DNA from: Phaeosaccion multiseriatum
Lineage: Eukaryota > Protista > Ochrophyta, other classes
NCBI GenBank assembly: GCA_965112735.1
Contig: OZ218951.1
Span: 4,340,001-4,404,000, forward strand
DNA length: 64,000 nucleotides
Reading direction: 5' to 3'
Shown: positions 48,545-60,004 of the stretch, piece by piece
How positions within the stretch are numbered: the stretch's first letter is position 1
How the letters are laid out: every line of letters begins with the position of its first letter
The notes under the pieces: generated by a model
What the model was told of the DNA's origin: nothing
What the model saw: only the letters and a program-made list of their open reading frames with translations
Databases searched by the model: none
Position numbers and translations under genes: made by a program

Positions 48545-48880
48545 CGTTTGCTGCGAAATGTTACTCCGTTGATGACTGGTTGCATTTGCTGTTGCCTGGC
48601 TGCCCTGGCTGCGATCATGCAGGAGCTCTTCTCTGCTGGTGGTCACGTGAATGCCGTGCTGAAAGATGATGGATATTCGGCTCTTATGTGAGCCGCCTCA
48701 GTCGGATCCGTTGTGATTGTGCACAAGCTGCTTGCCAACGGTGCCGATGAGAGCTTGGCCAGGAATGGTGGCGTGACGGCATTGATCTTGTCAGCAGATG
48801 AATGCTTTCATGCAGTGGTCCAACAGCGGCTGTCGGCGGGGGCAGAGGTGGACTGGCTGGGTAGCTAAGGAGGGGGCGTG
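48545..48880 (+). pseudogene. Degenerate ankyrin-repeat gene fragment (N-terminal part)
   Basis: NVTPLMTGC..AAIMQELFSAGGHVNAVLKDDGYSALM*AASVGSVVIVHKLLANGADESLARNGGVTALILSADECFHAVVQQRLSAGAEVDW, with an in-frame stop and a terminal 4-nt duplication. Confidence 0.8.
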
Positions 48881-48970
48881 CGCCGACTAGCTGGGGATGG
48901 GGACGGCAGCTTACTGTCGGCAGAGGAAGAGTCCGGAGAGACACTCATGAGGTATGCTAGGAGCGGGCAA

Positions 48971-49447
48971 GAGGAGGAGGAGGAGGAGGAGGAGGAGGAG
49001 GAGGAGGAGGAGGAGGAGGAGGAGGAGGAGGAGGAGGAGGAGGAGGAGGAGGAGGAGGAGGAGGAGGAGGAGGAGGAGGAGGAGGAGGAGGAGGAGGAGG
49101 AGGAGGAGGAGGAGGAGGAGGAGGAGGAGGAGGAGGAGGAGGAGGAGGAGGAGGAGGAGGAGGAGGAGGAGGAGGAGGAGGAGGAGGAGGAGGAGGAGGA
49201 GGAGGAGGAGGAGGAGGAGGAGGAGGAGGAGGAGGAGGAGGAGGAGGAGGAGGAGGAGGAGGAGGAGGAGGAGGAGGAGGAGGAGGAGGAGGAGGAGGAG
49301 GAGGAGGAGGAGGAGGAGGAGGAGGAGGAGGAGGAGGAGGAGGAGGAGGAGGAGGAGGAGGAGGAGGAGGAGGAGGAGGAGGAGGAGGAGGAGGAGGAGG
49401 AGGAGGAGGAGGAGGAGGAGGAGGAGGAGGAGGAGGAGGAGGAGGAG
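48971..49447. repeat. Perfect (GAG)~159 trinucleotide tract, intergenic
   Basis: 477 bp, uninterrupted. Confidence 0.97.
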
Positions 49448-50145
49448 GCCGCACGTGTCCTTAATCGGCAGAGACTTGGCCGTTAGCGACCCCTCTCTCC
49501 TGCGGCTACCGTCCTCTCTTATTCGGCTTCCGCATCAGCCTCCTCACCGCCCCCACCGTGTGCCTCTCTTCGCTTGGATAGACTCCTGGCCAATAAGAGG
49601 CTCGGGCAGCCGAAGAGGAAAGGAGATTCGACAGGGGCGGGTGATGCTAAACGGGAGGGGGGTGAAGAAGCCAGCAGAGAAGTTTTGAGAGGACTTTGCT
49701 TTTGCCGTGCTCGGCGAGGGCAAGTAGTAGCCTTGGCGAGCCACCTCCTCATCTTCCCTTTCCCCTCTCGTCACATCACCACCCCCGGCGACTTCACACA
49801 CACACACACTTTCAGTTTCTTGGGTGATTCCTATTAAGTAATGAAACTCCCGGCGCCTTCTGCACGCCTCCTGCAGCGCCTTCAGCAGCCCCTTCTGGCA
49901 GCGAGTCTGTGTCGTCCAACGCAAAGTCAAGCTCCACGTTCTGCCGCCTCCTCTGTTGTTGCTTCTTCCTCCGACATACCCCTTCGGACCCTCCTGCTGC
50001 TGCCGACGTCTTTTCACATCTCAACGAGGCAGTCAAGTGAGAGGGGCGGGTCGGAGCCAGCAGGGAGCCCGTCTCTCTCGGTCTCTTCTCGCGCGAGCAC
50101 AACAGAGCTGCACGCTTTCCCGTGAGAGCGTGGTCATCCGCGAGC

Positions 50146-50184
50146 TCAACCCTTGCCCGTTCTATTCTTCTTTTGCGCGAGGGC

Positions 50185-50216
<32 letters not shown>

Positions 50217-53200
50217 CGCCGTCACTACCGCCGCCACTTTCGCTGCTGCTGCCGCTCACCTCCTTGTTCTTTCGCCCACGATCGACTGCGACAAATGCAG
50301 CGCTATCTACACTCTCGCTATCGCTGCCGCTGCTAGCGCTACCCTCGCCGCTGTCCTCCGTCTCCGAGTCGGCTTGCTTCCTCCTCACGGGGGCAGCAGC
50401 ACGCTGGCCACCCGTAGGCTTCTTGGTAGCCACCTTTTTGGCTCCCACCACCTTCGTCTTGGCAGCAGCAGGAGCCTTCTGAGCCTTCTTACGGGGCGTA
50501 GCGACTGCCTTCACAAGAGCCTTCGGAGGTCGAGTCCCTCCCTGCACCGACGGCGGCTGCGAGTCGTCATCAGATGAGTCCCAATCGTTGGATGACGAGT
50601 CCGAATCCGAGGAGTCGTCGTCAACACGCTTCCCAGGCCCAGGGGGGGCAGCCTTCTTCCCCCCCGGGGCAGGCTTCTTCTTGTCGAGCGGTTTGGCTGC
50701 TACCTTCTTCTTGGCAGCAGCTGTTGGTGATGCAGCAGCAGCAGCAGCAGCAGCAGCAGGCCTTTTCTTACTCGTCCCCACGCTTTGCCTTGAGCTGCCA
50801 TCGGAACTGTCGTCGTCGTCGGACGTATTGCTGCCCTTTGGAATGCGGCGGCCACTGACAGAGCTGCTGCTGCTACCGCTGCTACTACCGCTGCTGCCGC
50901 TGCTCTTCCTGATCACCCTCTTGGCCTTCGAGGCGTTCCTCTCGGCGGGCATCACCCTCTTCGCACTCCTCGGAGCGAAAGGTTTCGCCTTCCTTCCTGC
51001 TCTTGCGGCCGTCGTACGACGCGGCGGTGACGAGTCCCCCTTCTTGCTTGTCTGTGGAGAGGCCCGCGGCTTGCTCCTGGCAGGAATGGCAGCGGCCTTC
51101 TTTGCTCGGCCGCGGCTGCTGCTGCCGCTGCTATCTGAAGAGGAGGACGAGCTGACAACAGAGTCCTTGTCTTCGGAGGAGGAGTCCGTTGATGCGAGCG
51201 ATGAAACCGCCGACCGTTTGGGTGTTGCTGCTGCTTTCGCTTTTGCTTTCGCTTTTGCTTTCACAGCTGCAGCGCTGTCTCTTACCGATGCCCCCTTCTT
51301 CTTGGAACCGACCTTCCCGGCCCCAGAGCTTCTTCTTCTTCTTCTTCTCGCATCTATCTTGTCGTCGTCACTATCGTCACCTTCACTGCTACTATCGCCA
51401 CCACTGCTACTGCTGCTTCCATCGTCCACTCCGGCCTTCTTTGTCCTTCGCCTCTCCTCCTCTTTCTGCTGCTGCTGCTTCGTCGCCGCCCCTTTCTTCT
51501 TTCCCCCGCTCTCGCTCGTCTCGCCAGGCCCTCTCCCTTTTCCTTTCTCCTGCTGCTGCCGCTGCTGTCGCTGCTGCTTCTCCTTATCCAGGAGGCCTCC
51601 CTTCCTCTTGCTCGGCTTCCTCGTGCTCTCACTCTCATCGCTGGAATCGCTTTGATCGCTGTCACTGCTATCACTACCCTCACTGTCCTCTTCCTCCGCC
51701 TTGCTTCTTGACCTGCCTTTGGCCTTTGGCTTCTTCGCAGACGAGGTCGTCGCTCGTTGGGCTTTCTCTGCTGCTTCTCTCTTCTCGTTGGGGCTCCTTC
51801 TTGCCTTGCCTCCCTTCTTCCCATCATTCTCTGCTTCCCCCCCCCCTTCCTTGCCCCCCTCTCCCTTGCCGCCACCCCCCTTCTCCCCCTCCTTGTCCTC
51901 TCCCTTCTCCTTGTCCGTCTTGTCCTCTGCCCCGGCCCCCCCGTTCTTTTCCTTCTGCTCCTCCCTCTCCTCCTCCTCCTCCTTCGTCCGTTTCTTACCC
52001 TTCATCGCCTGCGCCACATCTGCAATCGCATCCTCCTCGTCCGTGCTGAAGCGCCGAGAGCTAAATCGTCGCCACTGAGTCTCCTCAGTCCGACGCTGAC
52101 TTCCCTTACTACTCCCTTCCTCCCCAGGGGCAGCAGGAGAAGGAGGCCCACTCGCACCCTTCTTCTCATCCCCTGCTACACTACCTCTGCCTCTACCGCT
52201 ACCTTCGTCTCTGCCATTTCTGCCGCTGCCGCCTCCGATGGGCTCGTCCTTTGGTGCCTCACTTGAGCCATCCTCCCTGTCCCCACCGATGCCTGTAGCG
52301 TTACCCTCGGCCAGCGGTGACCCCCCCTTCGCCCCTCCTAGCAAACGATCGGAAGGTACCGACGACTCTGCTTCTATTGTGTCTGGGGAGCCATCCAGGA
52401 ATGAAGTACTCTCGTCCTGATTTTAGGAGGAGCAGGTTTGAGACGGAGCAGGGTAGAACAAGGGGAGGGAGGGAGGGAGGGAGGGAGGGATGGAGTGAGG
52501 AGGGGAGAGGGAGGACGGGAGGAAGGGAGGAAGGGAAGAGGGAGGGGGAAGAGAGGGAGAGGGAGGGAGGGAGGGAGAGAGAGAGAGAGGGGGGGGGGGA
52601 AGGGGGGAAGCAAAAGCAACGGGTGGGAGGGCGGGAGAGAACGGCGCGACGGAGAGATGTGCGTGCGCATCCCTTTCACTCTAATCCCTATGGCTTGTTT
52701 GGACTTGCTTGACTTGCTGCTGAGCTTGCTTAGCTTGTTTGCCTGCTCGATCGCTTGCTTGCTTGCTTGCCTTGCTTGCGAGCTGGCTTGGCTCGCTCGC
52801 TTGCTTGCTTGCATGCTTTCTCGCTCGCTCTATTGCGTGCTTGTATGTTTTGCTCGCTCGCTTGCTTGCTGGCTTTTCTCGCTCGTTTGCTTGCTTGTTG
52901 CTTGTTTGCTTTGCTTTCATCTTCACCTCCTCGACGTACCTCCGCTGCTATCTTGAATCCCTTTTGCAGTCCCTTGTACTTTTTCAGACCCGGTATCACG
53001 AGGGTGCTGGGCCTTCTGCTGAGGAACCGCCCTCCGGCATTTCTCCAGCGGTTTCCCTGTGCCAGTCATCAAAAGTATCATGGTGCGATAGTTGGGTTGG
53101 TTTCGAAAGTGAGCGATGAAGGTATGTGCGAGCCAGTGGGGCACGTACCCGCCCGCCCCCTTGCTCATTCATAGCTCTGCAGAGCCTTCTACTCCCTGCT

Positions 53201-56200
53201 TTGCAGAACGGACTGACTGAATCACATCCTCTGATTCCTTCCCTCCCCTTCCTCCCTTCCTCCCTTCCTCCCTTCCCTCCTTCCTTCCTTCCCTCCCTCC
53301 CTCCCTCCCTCCCTCCCTTCCTTCCTTCCCTCCCTCCCTCCCTCCCTCCCTCCCTCCCTCCCTCCCCCTTCTCCCTTCCTCTCCTCACCTGCTTAGAGTC
53401 CTCTTCCTCCACAGGCAGCAGCTCACCACTGAACCCCTCCCCCTCTCCGAACGAGCCCATTGAGTCGACTCTGTCGAATCCTCCTCCTAACACGGCCCAA
53501 GGTCGGGCCCGCTTGAGGCCCTTTCGGAGGCGGCTCTGGGAAGGTGTGACCTTAGAGGTTGTCGCTTTTGAGTGCGAGGAGAGAGAGAGAGGGGGGGAGG
53601 AAGGGAGGGACGGAAGTGGAGGGAATGGGGGAGGGAGGGAGGGAGAGAGAAAGGAAGGAAGGGAGGGAGGGAGGGACGGAGGAGGAGGGAATGGGGGAGG
53701 GAGGGAGGGAGAGAAAATGAAGGGAGGGAGGGAGGGAGGGAGGGAGGGAGGAAGGGAGGAAGAGAGAGAGCGCAGAAGGAGGGTGGGGGGTGGGGGGTGG
53801 GGGGTGGGGGGTGGGAGGGAGTAGAGTGGTTAGCCTGTCTACACGCGCAAGGCTTCATGTCATGCATGTAAGAGGGCAAAAGAAAAGCAGAAAGAGCAGG
53901 ACGGACCAAAGGCCAAAGGCCAAGTCACACGCCGACTTGGCTGTGGAGATGATTGAATAAGTCCTTCACCCCCCTTGTCCTCTTGTAAAAGTCTCCTTCC
54001 TCTCTGCCCCCCTGCGCGTCTGACCCTCTGGCCTCTCTGCCTTTTCCTCCCCCCCCCCCTGTCCCACTGCCCTCCCACCGCCGCCCCTCGCCACTGCTCC
54101 CTTACGTTCTTCTTCCTCCGCTCCCCCCCCCAGTGAGCACTGATCCCCCTTGGCCATGGCAACGAGGGCAGAGAGGCTGCCAGTGGTGCCCGCCATTGTT
54201 GCTGTGGGGGACGACACGATACTTGCCCCCTCAGCGGCAATCGCCTCCTGTTAGGAAGTCAAAGGGGGGGCGCACGCGCGCACGCACACACACACAAACA
54301 TACACACACAGAGAGAGACATACACACATACACCAACACACAGAGAGGGAGGGGAGGGGACACAATCACACACAGAGAGAGAGGGGTGGACACATAAACA
54401 CAAAGAGAGTATCCAGGCATAGGTGTGAGGGAGGGGCTTGGGGCTTGGGGGGAAAGGAAGGAAGGAAGGAAGGAAGGGAGGAAGGGAGGAAGGGAGGGGG
54501 GGAGGAAGGAAGGAAGGAAGAGAGGAAGGGAGGGAGGAAGGGAGGGAGGGAGGGAGGAAGGAAGGAAGGAAGGAAGGAAGGGAGGAAGGAAGGAAGGAAG
54601 GAAGGAAGGAAGGAAGGAAGGAAGGGAGGAAGGGAGGAAGAGAGGGAGGGAGGGAGGGAGGAAGGAAGGAAGGAAGGAAGGAAGGAAGGGAGGAAGGAAG
54701 GAAGGAAGGAAGGAAGGGAGGAAGGGAGGAAGGGAGGAAGGGAGGAAGGGAGGGAGGGAGGGAGGGAGGAAGGAAGGAAGGAAGGAAGGGAGGAAGGAAG
54801 GAAGGAAGGAAGGAAGGAAGGAAGGAAGGAAGGACGGAGAGAATGAAGGAAGGAAGTTAGGAAGGAAGGAAGGAAGGAAGGCAGGCAGGCAGGAAGGAAG
54901 GAGCGAAGAAGGGAGGGAGAGAGGGAGGGAGGGAGCAAAGGATGGAAGTATGAAGGGAAGGAAGGAAGGAGGGAGGGAGGGAGGGGAGGGAGGGAGGGAG
55001 GGAGGGAGGGAGGGAAGGAAGGAAGGAAGGAAGGAAGGAAGGAGGGAGGGAGGGAGGGAGGGAGGGAGGGAGGGAGGGAGGGAGGGAAGGAAGGAAGGAA
55101 GGAAGGAAGGAAGGAAGGAAGGAAGGAAGGAAGGAAGGAAGGAGGAAGGAGGAAAGGAAGGAAGAAGGGGAGGAAGGAAGAAAGGAAGCCAGGCAGGCAG
55201 GAAGCAACAAAGGAAGGGAGGGAGGAGGGTAGAAAGGAAGGAGGGGTGCAAACAAATGCCCGGAGGAATGGCTTTGTCTGCCTTCGTTGGATGACATGTT
55301 GGGTATGTAAAGGAGTGCTAGAGCGGAGCATCGAGGCATCTCCCCATCCATTGCCATCCACCCACTGCCATCCCCCCCTTTCCCCCCCCCGCTGTTCGTT
55401 ACCTACTCATACCTGCTCCTTTTGGATGCTGACGAGGAGCTGAATGAAGTTTGCCAAATCCACCCCGGTGCCCGAACTGGCATGGGGGTCACAACGAGTC
55501 ATCATTCGCTTGATCTGTGAGGGAGGAGGCAAGGGAGGGGGGGAAGTTGGTGATACGGCAGGGCAGGGGAGGGCAAGACAGGGAGGAGGGGAGGGAGGAA
55601 GAGAGAAAGGGGGGCGGGGGGGATGGGGGCAAGGTCATCGTTCCTTCGTTAGCCCACTCACTCACTCACTTACTCACTTGCTCACTGACACACTGACTCT
55701 CTCATTCACTCACCAACTCACTGTCTCACTCACTCACTCACTCACTCAGTCAGTTACTCACTCAGATACTCCCTCACTCACTCACTCACTGACTCACCTG
55801 CTGCATCTTGCTCTTCTTGCCAATCGCCATGAGCCCTTCGAGGAACTCCACCTCATCAATCACGCCATCTCCGTTCAGGTCCAGCTGGTTGAAGGTGCGC
55901 GTGTACAGGTCCAGGCTGGAAGGGGGAGGGGAGGGGAGGGGAGGGGAGGGGAGGGGAGGGGAGGGGTCGGTGGGTGGGTGGGTGGATAAGTGGACAGATG
56001 AGTTACTTCATGGGCTGGCGCGTCACCCCACCCACTCTACGATTCAGGTCGGCTCGCTCGCCGCTGCTCTCTCTCTATCCATCCCCTCCTCCCTCCCTTC
56101 CTCCCCCCTCTCCTCACTACTCACTACAACTCACCGCGCAGGAGACATCCTCTCCTTCTCCACCACCATCTGCACGAGCCTGTCTCTGCTCGTCTCGCTC

Positions 56201-56643
56201 TGAAGCTCATCCGTTGCCTAGAGAGGGGGAGGGAGAAAAGGAGGAAGGGAGAGAGGTGGAGAGAGGTAGGGAGACGGGGAAGGAGAGGGAGAAGGAGACG
56301 GAGGAGGGGGGTGAGAAAGGGTGAGAGTGAGAGAATGCAAAGAGAGAGAGGGAGCGAGTGAAAGAATGCAAAGAGAGAGAGGGAGAGAGAGGGAAGAAGG
56401 GAGAGATAGAGAGGCAGCGAGACAATAGAGAGAATCCCAGATGACGACGATCCACACGCACACCCACCTTCTCCATGCTCGTGGTGACGACTCCGATGAA
56501 GAGCGTGAGCAGCACGAGGGCGGCGATGATTGTAAACACTACAAAGTACGCCGCTGCCCAGTAGCCCTGCGCTTGGGGGCTCACACACAAACCGTCGAGG
56601 TCCGGCGAGTCGTAACCATACTTGTCGCAGCCGTACCTATGAG

Positions 56644-56678
<35 letters not shown>

Positions 56679-59600
56679 GAGGAGGAGGAGGAGGAGGAGG
56701 AGGAGGAGGAGGAGGAGGAGGAGGAGGAGGAGGAGGAGGAGGAGGGTTTGGTGTGGGTGATAGTCAGCTCGTCGGTCAGTCGGTTGGTCATAAGTCACTA
56801 CACAGTCAACAAGCCATTGTTTTATCCAAGCCATCCAAAGAAGCCATTCATCCCCCTCCTCCTCTCTTACATGTTGATGTACATAACCCATGCCCAGTCC
56901 TCGAGTGTGGAGCAGCGAAAGAGCGTCAACATTGTGATGTGCAGAGAGCCGAAGTGCCAAGGATCGTTCTCTCGGAAGATGGTCATGCCCACGATGGCGA
57001 AGAAGTAGAAGACGAGGAACAGAATGACTCCGATGAAGCCAATGCTGTTCATTCCCATTATCATCGCGTTGATGATCACGCCTGTTGAGGTGGGGTAGGG
57101 GAGAAGGGGGGGCGGGGAGGAGTTGGAGTGAGCGGGAGGTAAGACCACATGCATCCACTGCCATCTACTTCATGTACCATCTACTGTCATTCGTGGCCAT
57201 GCATTACCATCTGCTGCGAAACCACGCGTATTCACTCACGAACCCATGTACCAACGTGCGCACACAAATATTCGTACACACGTACGTTCCCCCACACCCA
57301 CACTCACACCCACACTCACACCCACACCCGCACCCACAAACGTTGGTGATACACACTCACCTAGCTGAGGAAAGGCGCGGACAAGCTTTAGCACTCGGAG
57401 CAGCCTCAGCAGCCGCAGAGAGGCAATGAGCCTGCTCCCGGTGGGGAGGTACATGCCCACCACGATGAGGACGTCAAACACGTTCCACTTGTTGCCAAAG
57501 TAGAGCCATATCCGAAACTCCTCGGCTACAATCTTGAGCAGCACTTCGAGAGTGAAGGTGATGGTGATGAACCAGTCGGCCACGTGGATCACCTGAGAGA
57601 GTTGCGGTGCGAGAGTGGAAACAGTCCCAGCAGTATAGTACAGGGAAGGGAGTAAGAGGAGCGGGGGGGGGGGAGGGGAGTTTGAGTTTGAGTTTGTAAG
57701 GTTGGAGTACATTAGTCTTAGGTTGGAGTGTTCAGAGTTCAGGCGTCAGTGTATTGACCCTCGACTTCGATCCATTCCATCAATGTCGACAAATGGCGCA
57801 CATATCGAATGTCGACATCGATACAATCATTCACTGACTTACTGACTCACTGACTCACCTGTGCCGCGGTGCCGGTGATATTCCAGGTCTGTAGCCCGAC
57901 AAGCAACCCCGCCACCACGATGATGGACGTCACGAACAGGTTGAAGCGCTTATCCTGCGCACAAGAGGGAAACGGGAGAGCAGAGACCGCGATGAAGGGG
58001 GGTGAGAAAGAGCATGACGGAGGAGAGATGGCAATCACTCAGTCACTCAATTCTCTCACTCACTCACTCACCGCTGTGCGTCCTACCCAACCCATTCCTC
58101 TCCCTCCCCTCACTCACGCACTCACTCCCTCACTCCCCTTGCTCACCCACCCACTCACCCACCCACCCCCCACCCACTTCCCGATCCTCACCCACCCACC
58201 CCATCCACTTAGTCAGTCACTCACTCTCTCCCTCCCTCCCTCCCTCCCTCCCTCGCTCCCTCCCTCACTCACTCACTCACTCACTCACTCACTCACTCAC
58301 TCACCGCTGTAATGGTCTGGCACAACTTGGACGCCTGAAGATAATGCTTCATAAAGGTGGGCATTAACTCAATTACAGAGGCCTCATTTACCCCGTGCGG
58401 CTCCTCCTCCATCACCGTCCCATCCCAGGCTTGCAAGAGGGCCCTCCTCACAGCCTTGGCTCTCTCCACGCTGCGAATCTCGTACATTTGCGCCACCAAT
58501 TGTGTGGCGTACCACCACGTGCTCTCCCCCTCCCCGATGCTTGCCAGGTAGCGCACTGTCTCCACTGTGATGCGCTCCTGTTTGTGGTTGTTGTGGTTGC
58601 GTTGCATTAGAAGGTTGGTGAGGGTTGGTTGTGTTCGTGCGGTTGGCTGGTTGGCTGGTTGGTTGATTGGTTAGTTCGTTCTTTTTTTTTGTTTCTTGCT
58701 TTGCTGTTTTCCACAGAGCTGACAGGACTTGAAGAGAGCAGTTTCTCCCCTCTCGCTCCCCCCTCCCCCGCTTACCTTCCTGAGCCCCTTGCGCTGCAGC
58801 TTGACGCCTCTCTCCCTCCTTTTCTTACGTGCTTCGAGGTCAGCGTCTTGCTTGAGCTCCTCCATGCTTGCCGTCATGCTCATCGTCACCGTACCTGTCA
58901 CAGATGGCGGTGTGTATGTGTGTGTGCGTTATGGTGTTGCAATTGGGTGACCTATGCGCTGACTTTGGTGATTCGTTTCGTTCGGGCTGATTACAGACCG
59001 ACCGATCGAACAGCATCAAGGAGAGGATATAAAGAGATCATGGAGGGGTAGATATAGAGATCATGGAGGGGTCCATATAGAGAGCATCGAGGGGTCCATG
59101 TAGAGAACATCGACGGATCGACATAGAAGACACAGAGGAATCGATGTAGAGAGTTTTGTACGTACCGACGAAGAGAGAGAGCATGATGAAGCTCGCCACA
59201 GTGACGAAGATGATAAAGTACACGGGTGTGAACAGCGGATAGGCCAGCGAGGAGCTGCACTCGTTCATGGGCCAGCTCTCCTGGTCGTCATCATCTGTAG
59301 GCAGGGTGTAGTCCCCCGGGAACTCATCGCAGCCAAAGATGTTGACATACATAATGGTGGTCCAGTCGTCGAGGGTGGCGCATTGGAAGAGTGTAAGGAA
59401 GGAGCGCTGGAGGTTACCAAAGAAGAACGGGTCGTTTTCTCGGAAGGCGTACACTCCGACCACTCCAAAGAGGTAGAAGAGAAGCACGAGTAAGAGCATA
59501 ATGTAACCGATGCTCGCCAGCCCGCCGAGGAGACCCATCACAATCATCTGCAGCTGTGGCACCTGTTGGTGATATGAGAGACATGTGCGTGATACGCCAG

Positions 59601-59948
59601 CCGGTGAAACCGACAATGAAGATGGAGAAGGGTCGTTCAGTTTCTAGTTGCTGTTTCGGGTGTTTTGACCCTCGATCAATCAAGATCGATAGTACATCGA
59701 TATAGATAACTCAATGAGCCCCATGTGCTCGTGTGCTGCTTACCTTCTTGACGAGCTTCACCACTCTCAGCAGCCGCAAGAGGCGCAGTAAGGCAGTGAA
59801 GTTCGACAGGAGCTCATCCCAGATGGGAAGACTGGAGCGGCGTGGGGGGGAGGGGTGGGGTGGGACGGAGGGAGGGGCAGGCAGGAGGCAAAGAGACAGA
59901 GCAGGACAGAGCCGGGCAGGAGGAAGAGAGGCCAGAGCAAAGGGGGGC

Positions 59949-60004
<56 letters not shown>

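Noticed and set aside
48878-49688. Poly-E, poly-R and poly-P ORFs
   Set aside because: Stop-free translations of the (GAG)n tract with no coding context.
54133-55361. EGRK/PSFL-repeat ORFs (also at 6394-7182, 11334-12176, 60085-60832)
   Set aside because: Translations of intronic microsatellites.
59025-59155. Degenerate ~22-bp repeats (ATAGAGA..CAT.GAGGGG) in a channel intron
   Set aside because: A decayed minisatellite with no evidence of function.
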